Source: a virus. Taken from it: 64,000 nt of DNA. The notes below the pieces were generated by a model. That model searched no databases. It was not told the origin of the DNA and saw only the letters and a program-made list of their open reading frames with translations. Made by a program: the position numbers and the translations under genes. The stretch covers positions 1-64,000 of IMG/VR virus record IMGVR_UViG_3300021962_000055. One strand, 5' to 3'. This document shows, piece after piece, positions 26,693 to 36,497 of the stretch. Position 1 is the stretch's first letter, and each line of letters starts with the position of its first letter.

Positions 26693-29641
26693 CTATTGAC
26701 CGAACTGAATACTGTTAAGTTGGTTAATACCCATTCCACGGCGCTTGGCAACACCACTAGCGCGTACCGTTACATCGGTATCAGATTCGCTGAGCTGAGG
26801 AGCTTGAGGTGTGCCACCTTGTGGTGCCCCACGACGAGCCATACCTAGCGACCCTACTGATACACGGCGTGCCATATCACTCATACTCTCACCTTCTAGT
26901 GGCATGCGGGCAAATGCACCTGAACGCTTTCCTGCAACGAGGGCGTCAGCACGGCGGATGTTCTCCATACGCTGTTCTTGTGACTGTTCTTGTGGGGCTG
27001 GGGTGGATGTTGGTATAGGAGAAGCGAGAGTTGAAGCTTGAGATGTGTACCCAGCAGATCTATTAAACTGAATGTCGTTAACGTTTTTAAAGTAGGGGTT
27101 GCCAGTTGGGTTGACCTCTTTAAAGTAGGGGCCGCCGGTTGGTTTGTCCTCATCTTTAGGTGGCGTTGTGGGGATACTAACTACATATCGTTTGTTGAAA
27201 TCTGCGTCACTGGAAGGCTTTAACAAGGCTCCGGTGATTGACCTAGCTGGGATACCAGTTTGGTCTACTTCAAACTGTTCAACGTCAGCACCGAGCATAC
27301 GGCTTGTTACCGCTTCTGCGTCTCCAGTCAACATTGCCCTGTTTGGACCAGTGGCCCCTCCCATTTTGGCTCCAAGAGCATACGGGTCCATTTCATGAGC
27401 GGCCACAAACCCTGCGGTGTCATAGTCCGTCTCGGCGTTGGGGCCCTCACGTAGTGATTTGTAAGCTTGACGTGGGACTTCGTCCTCAGCAATCCGCTTA
27501 GCCACGGCCTTACGTGACCTAGCTTGTTCGGCCTTGCTTGGAGCCTTGGGCATACCCTTTTGCCTTTCGGCCTTCTTGGTTGCTTCAAGGTCAGCGTCAC
27601 GCTTAGCCAGATCCTCAGGAGAAAGGATCGTGCGCTTAGGGATTAGGTACGTGGACAACCGGTCGGCGTAAGCTGGTACTTCTTCACCAGCTTTTTGAGG
27701 GAACATTTCAACAAGCTCGTCAGCAGTTGGGATGTTGGTCCTAACGTTGACTGTGCCTCCGCCAGCTTTTGGAACCCTGGTCATCTGACCTTTTACAGAG
27801 GTGGAGGTGCCACGCCTTTCCCGGAGAATGTTTAGATCTTCACCCGAGGTTGTTACAGCTTCAGTTCCCTCGGTAATTACATCTTCCTTACGCTTACGGA
27901 GTTCGTCTGCTGCGGCAAGACGGCGAGCTGCGTCCATCCGACTTATTCCCTGTTGCTTAGCGAGTTCGGCAACATCGGAACCAAACTCATCTACGTTGGT
28001 CTGCTCCATGACAGTTGGCCCAGGTAGTGGGTCTTTTCTCTTGCTTGGGCGTCGACCAGTGAATGAAGCTGGCTTGCCTTTCTTGAGAATCGCAGCCTGA
28101 ATTTCCCTTACCTTTTGCTCTCCTTCCAGGCCCGACACATCACGGACTGGGATCTGTGGAGAATTGGTATACGGGGTGTACTCAGGATCCATCGGATCGC
28201 GAACTTCTTTTAGGGGATTGACCAATTCAAAAGCGCCTGAATCGGTCTGGGTTACTTGTGTAGCGGGGTTAGCCGTGTCTGCTGGTTTGGGTTGGCCTGT
28301 TTGCCGGTCAGTTCCAACATCCCAAGAACCAACAACTGCGCCTAGGGCGGTGCCACCTACTCGACGAGTAATGGCGTCAGCACCCTTTAGTAGGGCACCA
28401 CCTGAACGGGAGCCGGGACCAATGATTCCGCCTAGCTGGTTGTCTCTCAAAAACTTCTGCAGTTGAGGAGGCATGCCACTGGGGTTAGCCGCTCCAGTAG
28501 CTGCGGTGTCCCCCGAAGCTGCGCGGTTAATGCGCATACGCCTTGGACCAGACGGGCGCCCGGGTACAGGAGTTACTTCGGGCTGTAGGTCGCTAGCGCC
28601 AGTTACGTCTGCCAATGACATCGTGGAAACGCCGTCCCTAGATGCCATCGGACGATTAGCTGCGTTGCTAGAGCGGATAACACGACCTGGTGTGGGGGGT
28701 GTTACTGCACGTTGTTCTACTTGAGCAGTGGGTGCGCTTCCCTCGACGGGGATGGTCATTGATTCTGGGCTACCGCTTTCTAACCCAAGATCTTTATTGG
28801 TGCGGGCAACTAGTTCATTGAAGGTTCCGACCATACGTCGGACTTTGTTTTCTTCGCGGGCCTCTCGTGCTTGCGGAGTAGATGTAATAGCCGAAACACC
28901 TAGGTCTTTACCGGAATCTTTAGTAGTTAGAGCTTGCGGCTGAACAAATGGGCGCTGGGGTTTTCCGGAGCGTGTTTCTCCAGACCAAAACCGCTGTTCT
29001 GCAACTAGTTCTCCCACGGTCTTTGCACGTGGAATGGCTGTACTCCTACGTGAAGATGTGGGGGCAGCAGGTTGTGCTGATCGTGCTGGACTTGGGGTCC
29101 TTGCAGCAGCACCACCCTCTTCTAGGCCTTTAGTGGTGGGGCCAAAAGAGCGACGGGTTCCACGTGGTTGAGGTCCAAGCACATCAGAAACTGCTCTGCT
29201 TACTAACCCAGTACCAGCTAAATCTTGGTTCTCGATGTCTTCGTAGTCTTCGATGTCACCGAGGTCTTCTGAGGTACCAGCAGCAATGTCCCTCTTAGCA
29301 CCGGTAACATCAACCGGGGCTAATCCTACATCTTGTAGAAAAGCAGGGTCGATTCCAGAACTAGCGAGGATCTCGTTGTAGGTATCGGGGTCATACTCGG
29401 GGTGGTCTGGGTTCCTGAGGTTTTCAAGTGATGAAAAGGAATCAGTAGAAGGGTCGTAATAATCACTTTCAAAAGTGGCCATACGAGCAACCTGCTGTTG
29501 CCTAAAATTGCGAACTGCTTCGTCGGCAGCTTTCTGTGCTGCCTTAGTTGGCTGACCTTTGGTCGTGTACCCCTTACTGCGTACAGTATCCTTTACTGCC
29601 TTAGCAAGCGGATCAACAGTCTTTCTTTTCCTTGCGGCCAT
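26693..29641 (-). CDS. large low-complexity, probably disordered protein (982 aa)
   Basis: A/G/P/T/R-rich, basic N-terminus, no recognisable domain; GAGG RBS. Confidence 0.8.
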   Translation of the reverse strand: MAARKRKTVDPLAKAVKDTVRSKGYTTKGQPTKAAQKAADEAVRNFRQQQVARMATFESDYYDPSTDSFSSLENLRNPDHPEYDPDTYNEILASSGIDPAFLQDVGLAPVDVTGAKRDIAAGTSEDLGDIEDYEDIENQDLAGTGLVSRAVSDVLGPQPRGTRRSFGPTTKGLEEGGAAARTPSPARSAQPAAPTSSRRSTAIPRAKTVGELVAEQRFWSGETRSGKPQRPFVQPQALTTKDSGKDLGVSAITSTPQAREAREENKVRRMVGTFNELVARTNKDLGLESGSPESMTIPVEGSAPTAQVEQRAVTPPTPGRVIRSSNAANRPMASRDGVSTMSLADVTGASDLQPEVTPVPGRPSGPRRMRINRAASGDTAATGAANPSGMPPQLQKFLRDNQLGGIIGPGSRSGGALLKGADAITRRVGGTALGAVVGSWDVGTDRQTGQPKPADTANPATQVTQTDSGAFELVNPLKEVRDPMDPEYTPYTNSPQIPVRDVSGLEGEQKVREIQAAILKKGKPASFTGRRPSKRKDPLPGPTVMEQTNVDEFGSDVAELAKQQGISRMDAARRLAAADELRKRKEDVITEGTEAVTTSGEDLNILRERRGTSTSVKGQMTRVPKAGGGTVNVRTNIPTADELVEMFPQKAGEEVPAYADRLSTYLIPKRTILSPEDLAKRDADLEATKKAERQKGMPKAPSKAEQARSRKAVAKRIAEDEVPRQAYKSLREGPNAETDYDTAGFVAAHEMDPYALGAKMGGATGPNRAMLTGDAEAVTSRMLGADVEQFEVDQTGIPARSITGALLKPSSDADFNKRYVVSIPTTPPKDEDKPTGGPYFKEVNPTGNPYFKNVNDIQFNRSAGYTSQASTLASPIPTSTPAPQEQSQEQRMENIRRADALVAGKRSGAFARMPLEGESMSDMARRVSVGSLGMARRGAPQGGTPQAPQLSESDTDVTVRASGVAKRRGMGINQLNSIQFGQ

Positions 29642-29709
29642 TCATACACCTCGCAAAACGGGAATCGCTAACTAAGATATTACCACTTATTGGTGAGCCC
29701 TAATGAGGG

Positions 29710-29994
29710 TCAGCGCACCACGGGCTTGAATGTAATAGCCGATATGACTTCGCCGTTTTCGCCCTTGATATCATCAAATCCGATTACAAACGACAGGTCG
29801 ATACCTCGTGGGGCAACAAATCCTCGGGCAATGGCGCAAGCCTTTGCTGCCTGGTTGACAGCGCTTGCTCCGATGGCCCTCATCCTTGGTGCTTGCCCAG
29901 CAACAACAGCTCGGGCAACGATAGAGGCGACACTCTGTGGGTTACTGGTTCCTGAAACCTTTACGACTTCATCAACCTGTTGATCTTGTGACAT
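29710..29994 (-). CDS. spoVS: SpoVS-family protein
   Basis: KVS..SNP.SVA...A, AIGA.AVNQA.KA.AIARGFVAP.GIDL...F. Confidence 0.9.
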   Translation of the reverse strand: MSQDQQVDEVVKVSGTSNPQSVASIVARAVVAGQAPRMRAIGASAVNQAAKACAIARGFVAPRGIDLSFVIGFDDIKGENGEVISAITFKPVVR

Positions 29995-30035
29995 AATGTA
30001 CTCCGTATAAAACAGTCGGTAATGACTGCTCTATA

Positions 30036-30398
30036 CTATGAGTACCCAGCTTCCTTCAATAGTTCAACCAAGTCACTCAAGCGCATCACAGCGTATGAAT
30101 CACCCAGGGCTTTTTCGCCTTTACCAGGGCGTTTAACAACGAGTGCAGGTACTGCCCCACCTAGGTTCTCGGCCTGCTCGACGGTGTCGTTCAACCACTG
30201 GCTAAGTGAGAATGACTTCTGATTCTTACATTGTACAGTTACCTGTCGGTTAACCTGGTTACGGATACCGTTGATATCTCCTGTGTCTCCCCCGCCCTTT
30301 AGCACAGTACGGTGGGCAACTGGAAATCCGTTATCGTTCAAATACTGCCTTACCAGGGTTTCAAACGAGGTTCCTTTTTGCTTAGCCCTATTCGCCAT
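30036..30398 (-). CDS. Holliday junction resolvase-like PD-(D/E)xK nuclease
   Basis: AKQKGT.FE, GDTGDI, QCK, QAEN, LVVKRPG. Confidence 0.8.
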   Translation of the reverse strand: MANRAKQKGTSFETLVRQYLNDNGFPVAHRTVLKGGGDTGDINGIRNQVNRQVTVQCKNQKSFSLSQWLNDTVEQAENLGGAVPALVVKRPGKGEKALGDSYAVMRLSDLVELLKEAGYS

Positions 30399-30663
30399 GG
30401 TACGGCCCTATGTACTCTTCCCAGATTATCTGGGGCTTTTCACCACACTGTTTACAACTTCCACCTTGCCCGGGTGGTACAGCTGGCCAATCCCTACAGC
30501 ATCTGGCGATAATAAGACCCTCAAAAGCAAAGTAGCTGTCGACAACATTGCGCCAGTGGTCACGGTCGGCTCGCATTTTGTCAAACATCTCCTTTAGGGC
30601 GTGGAAATCATCTTCGCATTCTTGAAGTTCGGCTCGTAGACGGGCAACTAGATCGTCAGTCAC
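30388..30663 (-). CDS. coiled-coil plus zinc-binding hypothetical protein
   Basis: DLVARLR coil, CC and CKQC. Confidence 0.55.
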   Translation of the reverse strand: MTDDLVARLRAELQECEDDFHALKEMFDKMRADRDHWRNVVDSYFAFEGLIIARCCRDWPAVPPGQGGSCKQCGEKPQIIWEEYIGPYHGE

Positions 30664-30823
30664 GATTAAGTTTCTCGGTGATCTTGCGGAGCTCACTCAA
30701 GATGTCCTGTAAGGTGTGGTTGATCTTATTGAGTGGTTCAGTGGTATACCGATAGGTATCTTGTTGTCGGCGGTACCGTTCGTTGGCTTCACGTGCTGCT
30801 TGGTGTCCATAGGGGTCTGACAT
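30656..30823 (-). CDS. hypothetical protein
   Basis: GGAG RBS. Confidence 0.55.
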   Translation of the reverse strand: MSDPYGHQAAREANERYRRQQDTYRYTTEPLNKINHTLQDILSELRKITEKLNRD

Positions 30824-30824
30824 G

Positions 30825-31325
30825 TCATGCTCCAAATCTAGATGTACGTTGGTCTTTCCCATGCAAGCCGATCCTGCGGCTTAGCTCTCGTGAGAGTAGT
30901 TGGGCTCCTCGTTCGCAACCTTCGAACATGGCTTCCATCAACTTTCGGTACGCCCTGGCTACTTGGTACTTTTCTTGCTGGGCTACAACGTTAATATCTA
31001 CGTCGCGTCTGGCTTTGGCGATGGTTACTCGGTCACCCTTGGCGTCTGCACCCCACTGAGATATGAGTACTCGAGCCTCGACAACCCTACAGTTGTTTGC
31101 CTCTTTGTCTTCGTCAATCTCAGCCTTCACAAGCTGGCCTTTAAGATATGACACCCAAGACATGAACTGTGTATACAAATCCATGAGGTCACTGTCGTCC
31201 ATATCGTCAAGGTGTACTGGCAGCGACGGTGGTTCATCACCTGGTCGCTGTGGAAGTGAAAACTTTGAGTTAAAACGTTCCATGGCCGGGTGCTCCGGCG
31301 GTTCTTGAGAAAGCACTCTCACCAT
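30825..31325 (-). CDS. helical hypothetical protein (UvsY-like position)
   Basis: Coiled-coil ORF ending LSRELSRR in the recombination cluster. Confidence 0.6.
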   Translation of the reverse strand: MVRVLSQEPPEHPAMERFNSKFSLPQRPGDEPPSLPVHLDDMDDSDLMDLYTQFMSWVSYLKGQLVKAEIDEDKEANNCRVVEARVLISQWGADAKGDRVTIAKARRDVDINVVAQQEKYQVARAYRKLMEAMFEGCERGAQLLSRELSRRIGLHGKDQRTSRFGA

Positions 31326-32191
31326 CACCAACACACCTTTTTGTAGGGGCAGTACGTGCAGCCTTTGCATTTTGAGTCTGTAGCCCACGACGGACGTTCT
31401 GGAGTTGTCCCCTCGTCTAGGTGGGCAATAACAGTCTTGCAGTTTTCCAACAATGGGGCAACTATCTCTTCGTTGTACTTTACAGAAAACTCTTTAATTT
31501 CTTGCGTCGGTTTCCACTCATAGATGAACACCATCTCATGCACCCCAGTGCAGTACATATACAAGTTACCTTGTCGAAGATGTGAGGCAAATGGTGTCTT
31601 AATGTTTTTCCATACCTCGTCAATGGTGATTTGACCCTTTTGGTAATCGGCGTGCAGTGAGGGCTTCTCAAAACGAACAGTGCCGATACCAACACTCTTA
31701 ATTTCGATTAACGCTTGCCCCTGGGAGTCTTTAATTTCCCCATCAGCATGCCCGAGGATCCTGTGGTCATCATCTTGAATAGGTACCTCGTTATACCTAA
31801 TGCTAGTAGAACCGCAGCTGACACAGGAATTAGGAGAAGTTGCAACCCATACCACAGAGCACCTTTTACAGGACCACGCACCATGTAACACCCCAGCTTT
31901 CCAAAGCCATGTTTGCCATTTTTCGTGAATGGCATGGCCTTCCTCAAATACATTTAACCTACTAAATGACATGGAGTCCGGGGCAGCGGAGACACCAGTA
32001 ATCTTGTACACCGCCGCACGTGCACACCAATCCTTTTTAGACAGCTCACTGGGGTGCAGGTGGTCTGTATCCCTGTGCATGTTGCGCTCTTTTTGCATAC
32101 GCATAATCTGCGCTTCAGCCAATGGGATAACCCGCCCCTTGGACTTCATTGCCTTTTTGTAATCCTTGAGATACCAAGGTTGTTCAGTCAT
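31325..32191 (-). CDS. Cas4/RecB-like PD-(D/E)xK exonuclease
   Basis: HPSE...C, G.AIHE, GHADG, IEIKS, Q..LY, C-terminal C..C..CPY...C. Confidence 0.88.
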   Translation of the reverse strand: MTEQPWYLKDYKKAMKSKGRVIPLAEAQIMRMQKERNMHRDTDHLHPSELSKKDWCARAAVYKITGVSAAPDSMSFSRLNVFEEGHAIHEKWQTWLWKAGVLHGAWSCKRCSVVWVATSPNSCVSCGSTSIRYNEVPIQDDDHRILGHADGEIKDSQGQALIEIKSVGIGTVRFEKPSLHADYQKGQITIDEVWKNIKTPFASHLRQGNLYMYCTGVHEMVFIYEWKPTQEIKEFSVKYNEEIVAPLLENCKTVIAHLDEGTTPERPSWATDSKCKGCTYCPYKKVCW

Positions 32192-32529
32192 TGCGCACCG
32201 ATGATTTCTTGAAAGTCATCTTCATTAAGGATTACGTAATGCCTACCACCAAGGTCAAACTGTAGTACCGCCAATCGATCCTCCAAGATCGCCCTTTGAG
32301 TCAGCTCTTGCAGTTCCTTAGCCTTGATTGAATAAGACTTTTCATTATTCGTTAGTTTGTTTTCGATTAGTAGTTCATGGGTACGCACATCGTTTTTACG
32401 CAACCACCCTGATCCAGAACCAGCATTTCTGCTTCCCCTGTAGATCTTTGCAGATCTGTTCTCTTGCCTCTTTGAGGCTTTCATTATTTCTCGTTGCTGG
32501 TCTGCCCGGTCTTCGCGCCCAAAAATCAC
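32188..32529 (-). CDS. Holliday junction resolvase-like nuclease
   Basis: S..QE, GSGSGW..K.D, LIENK. Confidence 0.75.
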   Translation of the reverse strand: MIFGREDRADQQREIMKASKRQENRSAKIYRGSRNAGSGSGWLRKNDVRTHELLIENKLTNNEKSYSIKAKELQELTQRAILEDRLAVLQFDLGGRHYVILNEDDFQEIIGAQ

Positions 32530-33542
32530 AGGAACTTCTCCAGTGCCTTTTGCTTTAGGTCTGCTTGAAGGTCGAGGTCTTCACGAACACCGGTAAGTAA
32601 TGCATCTTTACCTTGCCACTTTTGACCACCGTAGTTGTAGTACGCACCAGTACGAGTAATGATCTCCGTAGCGATACAGATATTTACAACGTCTTTGATA
32701 ACGTCAAACTCACCTAAACCAAACCCGTGGGAAGCGGCAAAGTAGAAATCTACTTGCGCTACCTGTTGTGGACGGTATGTCTTGTTCTTCATGGTGCGGC
32801 CACGGATCGTCTGACCTACAGGCTCGTCCTTATCCTTGATCCACTCATCACGCTTAACTTCGACGCGGACAAAGTAATGAAAGTTCTTTGCCTTACCACC
32901 TGGTGTGGTGCGGGGGTCACCATACATAACACCAATCTTTTCCCGCCACTGGTTGATGATCAAGCCAGTGCACCCACGGTCTTCATTGATGAGTGAACGT
33001 TTTTGTGCTTTGCTGCTCTTGCGAAAGAACTTGCCGGTAAGACGGGCACCGAGTCCTACGGAGAACTCTTCCATCATCTTTTCTGCCTCGTCACCTGGGA
33101 CAAGGGCAGGAAGGGAATCGAGGACAATGCAGTCAACGGCGCGGTTTTCCATAGCCCTGATGATCAGGTCGTAGGCATGCTCCATGACGTTGGTCTCTAC
33201 CACCCAAAGACGTTCAAGGTCAACACCAATAGCCTTGGCGTAGTCAGGAACAAATTCTTCAGCAGCTACCCACATGGCAATCCAATCTGGGTCTGCGGCC
33301 TGGTTGGCAGCGATGGTCTTGTAGGCCAGGGCTGTCTTGCCGGATGATTCGTCACCAATGATCTCTGACCACTGGTTCATTGGCCAGCCGCCTCCGAGCA
33401 TCAAGTCAAAGGCAAGAATACCCGTGGTAATCCTAGGAACTTCTTCCTTTACTCGGTTACCTTGTACGATGATGTCCTCACCGTACTTCTTGTTGATGGA
33501 CGCAACAATGGACTCAAGAGTCTCACGCTGTTCGCTTTTCAA
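32526..33542 (-). CDS. recA: RecA-like recombinase
   Basis: TTG..AFD..LGGGWP, GDESSGKT, VLDS, INQWREKIGVMYGDP.TTPGG. Confidence 0.95.
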   Translation of the reverse strand: MKSEQRETLESIVASINKKYGEDIIVQGNRVKEEVPRITTGILAFDLMLGGGWPMNQWSEIIGDESSGKTALAYKTIAANQAADPDWIAMWVAAEEFVPDYAKAIGVDLERLWVVETNVMEHAYDLIIRAMENRAVDCIVLDSLPALVPGDEAEKMMEEFSVGLGARLTGKFFRKSSKAQKRSLINEDRGCTGLIINQWREKIGVMYGDPRTTPGGKAKNFHYFVRVEVKRDEWIKDKDEPVGQTIRGRTMKNKTYRPQQVAQVDFYFAASHGFGLGEFDVIKDVVNICIATEIITRTGAYYNYGGQKWQGKDALLTGVREDLDLQADLKQKALEKFL

Positions 33543-33555
33543 ATTGTGCTCCTAG

Positions 33556-33963
33556 TTAGACAGCCCAAGAGGACTGTGACCCTTGATCATACAGGCCATT
33601 CCACCCACATTCAAAGCATCGTGGGGCTGGTGAGTTTCCACCCACCATGGTGTTTCCACCTTTTGCAGTTCGCACGAATACATGTTGACTACCGCATTCC
33701 GGGCAGGTCATGTCGCCCTGTTTACGTGCAGCCTCTCCACCCTTCCATAGTCGAATTGCTTCTCCCATGGTTACGTTTTCTGTGGGAGCCCTTGACTCAT
33801 CAAGAACTCGTTGGTTACCAGCATTAGGTTGATGTTGAACCGGAGCCATGGGAACCTGGATACCAACCCTCATTGGAGGGCTAGTCGGAGGAACTGACGT
33901 TTCAGTTCTAGGTAGCTGGCGTGGTGTGGAACCGGAAAGTCGCTGGGACCACCAATCACTCAT
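33556..33963 (-). CDS. zinc-ribbon protein
   Basis: CPECGS...RCFECG. Confidence 0.7.
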   Translation of the reverse strand: MSDWWSQRLSGSTPRQLPRTETSVPPTSPPMRVGIQVPMAPVQHQPNAGNQRVLDESRAPTENVTMGEAIRLWKGGEAARKQGDMTCPECGSQHVFVRTAKGGNTMVGGNSPAPRCFECGWNGLYDQGSQSSWAV

Positions 33964-34402
33964 CCTCTTCATCCTCTTCGTCGTCGTACTCTTCGTCTTC
34001 GTCTATGATAAACGTAAACAAATTAAATATTGCCGAGGCATTTACACTACCAACCCTATCGGCAACAGGGATGTCAGGCAATATCAATTGCTCGTTATCT
34101 ACTAGATGAGAAACTAGGGCCATGCCAAAAGACTGGATAACGTTCTTTGTGTTCTCTAGATCCTCTTCATCAAGGTCATTATGTACCTTGACAACTTCCA
34201 TCATCCATTCGGTGCAGTTTTGTACGGTCTCAAAAATGCCTAGGCCTGTAAGAACAACCCACTTGCTGATGATGTCCATGATCTCGCTCTCCTGTACTTC
34301 AGGAGAAGGTACGGAGAACCCAGCCGAAGACGCAATCTTCTGCCCTTCCATTATGGACAGGGACAGATAAAAGTTTCTTTTATCGACTGGTGTTGTAGAC
34401 AT
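33956..34402 (-). CDS. hypothetical protein with acidic tail
   Basis: Coupled ORF. Confidence 0.7.
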   Translation of the reverse strand: MSTTPVDKRNFYLSLSIMEGQKIASSAGFSVPSPEVQESEIMDIISKWVVLTGLGIFETVQNCTEWMMEVVKVHNDLDEEDLENTKNVIQSFGMALVSHLVDNEQLILPDIPVADRVGSVNASAIFNLFTFIIDEDEEYDDEEDEEDE

Positions 34403-36492
34403 TACTTACCTTTGGCCTCTGCCCAGCTAATAGCGGAATGGCAGGAAACCTTTAACGGAATCCCGTTGTATGTTACACCATCTCCCATGGAGGACACCAG
34501 CTTGTCAAGTAACCTGTCTACCTGGTCTTTTTCTACCAGTACAACTAGTTCGTCGTGTACCTGTACCAGGATGTTGGCACCCAGTGGGGTTAGGTCGTTA
34601 TACACATCGACCATGGCTTTCTTACAAATGTCGGCAGCTGACCCCTGTACAACTGCGTTAACTGCCTGACGCTCTGCCCTAGACCTTAAGGCGGGGTCAG
34701 TGGAAACTAGATCGGATAAATGCCTGCGGCGACCAGACAGGGTCTGCACATAACCTTTGGCTCTTCCCTCTGCGATCACAGACTGCTTCCACTTGGTGAT
34801 CCCAGAAAACTGCTTGTAGTACTGGTCGATGACATGGCGGGCATGCTCTTCATCGATACCCGTGGTGCGAGCAAGTTTCTGCGGGCCACCGCCATAGGCC
34901 GTCAAGAAGTTGACGCCCTTACCAAGCTGTCGCTCTTCTGAGGTTACTTCGGTAACCGGCTTACCAAGCACCAAGGCGGCAGCACCAGAGTGAATGTCGG
35001 CCCCGGTCAGGAAGAACTCACTCATCTTCTTGTCTCCGGAGAACATGCACATTACACGGAGCTCGATCTGGTCATAGTCGGCAACCAGCAGCTCATACCC
35101 CTCAGGGGCAACGAATAGTCCTCTAACGCTACTGTCACGTGGGATGTTCTGCAGGTTGGGGTTGCTGGACGACAGGCGTCCAGTGGCGGTCCTGTGCAGG
35201 TGAAACGACGGGTGCAGTCGGCTCTTGTTTAGCTTCGGGAGCAACCCATCAACGTAAGTTGATACCAGCTTTTTGGTTTCAGCCCACTCCAAAAGCATCG
35301 GGACAACTGGGTGCTTAGTCTCTAACTTACGAAGTGACTCTTCGTCAACTGATGCGCTTCCACCAGGGGTGGTCTTTACTGGCTTAAGCCCTAGCCCACC
35401 CTCTCGCTTTTTGTTGAACAGCAGCTGTTGTTTATGCTTTGAACTGTCAGGGTTAAACCCCGGTGGGGCGTAATCCATCATTGAAACCAGAAGGTCGTTC
35501 AGGCGGTTCTCCAACTGTTTGCCAAGCACAGTCATAGACCTCTGGTTGACTGGAATACCGTTGTCCTCCATCTCCATGAGGACGCGAAGAACTTCCATGT
35601 CTTGACGAAGGGAATTGAGAAGTTCTGGTACAGCTACAACCTTGCGGTACAGCGACTTGTACAAATTCCACGTCCAGCGAACATCTAGGTGTACGTACCG
35701 TAGAGCCTGTGTAAATGACGTCTCACTAATGATCGCTCCAAGCTTTCCATCTTTGTGGTACGCCTTAAACGATTCAAAGTTGTGGGAGATCAGGTGATCC
35801 AAACTGTACTCAGACAGGTTCTCATTAAGCACATGCTGTAGGAGCATGGTATCCAAGTAGGGGCCCGGGGGAAGGCTTCCACCAAAGTATTTACGTATGG
35901 ACCTGGCATCAAACTTTACGTTGTGCCCAATCTTAACAATGTCGCTAAAGAAGATTGGGCGTAGGGCCTCAAATACTTGTGATGGTGAGAGCTGTGGGGG
36001 AGGGGGGCTGTATACGGCTGGTTTGTAATACTTGGCTTTGGCCATGGACTCTTTACCACTCTTCAAAAGAGCTCGGTATCCAGGTGGTGGAACAGTTGAC
36101 CCATCACCACGTTCGGCAGGTTCAATGATGCTTCCATTGGGGTGACCCATTGGAATAGCCCACGAATGTCCCTGGGTAGCAATCCCAATCCAAAATACGT
36201 TGTTACGGATTGGGTCTAGCGCCAGGGTGTTGCGCCACCTGTTGGTAATGATGTCTTTGGCGCGATTGACAATATCAACATTTGTGGTCTTAAGAGTGGC
36301 GACGTGGTCTTTCCACTCCTTTTCAATCCACTGCTGTACATCTGGGTGCCGCTCTACAGCACCCATCGTCTCAACGTCGAAAGCGAATGCTCCGACGTTT
36401 TTTACAACCTCAACGATCTCGTTAAGTTGCTCCACTGTAGTAACGAAGTGGGGGGCATTGCTGCCCCCCACTCGTGCCGTGATATTGCTCAC
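34402..36492 (-). CDS. polA: family A DNA polymerase with 3'-5' exonuclease
   Basis: FDVET, HNVKFD, TATGRLSS..PNLQNIP, ADYDQIELR, R..GK..NF..AYG, QGSAADI, QVHDE. Confidence 0.97.
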   Translation of the reverse strand: MSNITARVGGSNAPHFVTTVEQLNEIVEVVKNVGAFAFDVETMGAVERHPDVQQWIEKEWKDHVATLKTTNVDIVNRAKDIITNRWRNTLALDPIRNNVFWIGIATQGHSWAIPMGHPNGSIIEPAERGDGSTVPPPGYRALLKSGKESMAKAKYYKPAVYSPPPPQLSPSQVFEALRPIFFSDIVKIGHNVKFDARSIRKYFGGSLPPGPYLDTMLLQHVLNENLSEYSLDHLISHNFESFKAYHKDGKLGAIISETSFTQALRYVHLDVRWTWNLYKSLYRKVVAVPELLNSLRQDMEVLRVLMEMEDNGIPVNQRSMTVLGKQLENRLNDLLVSMMDYAPPGFNPDSSKHKQQLLFNKKREGGLGLKPVKTTPGGSASVDEESLRKLETKHPVVPMLLEWAETKKLVSTYVDGLLPKLNKSRLHPSFHLHRTATGRLSSSNPNLQNIPRDSSVRGLFVAPEGYELLVADYDQIELRVMCMFSGDKKMSEFFLTGADIHSGAAALVLGKPVTEVTSEERQLGKGVNFLTAYGGGPQKLARTTGIDEEHARHVIDQYYKQFSGITKWKQSVIAEGRAKGYVQTLSGRRRHLSDLVSTDPALRSRAERQAVNAVVQGSAADICKKAMVDVYNDLTPLGANILVQVHDELVVLVEKDQVDRLLDKLVSSMGDGVTYNGIPLKVSCHSAISWAEAKGK

Positions 36493-36497
36493 GGATA

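Noticed and set aside
31325-32191. Cas4 as evidence of a CRISPR system
   Set aside because: Stand-alone Cas4-like nucleases are common in phage recombination operons, and no array is present
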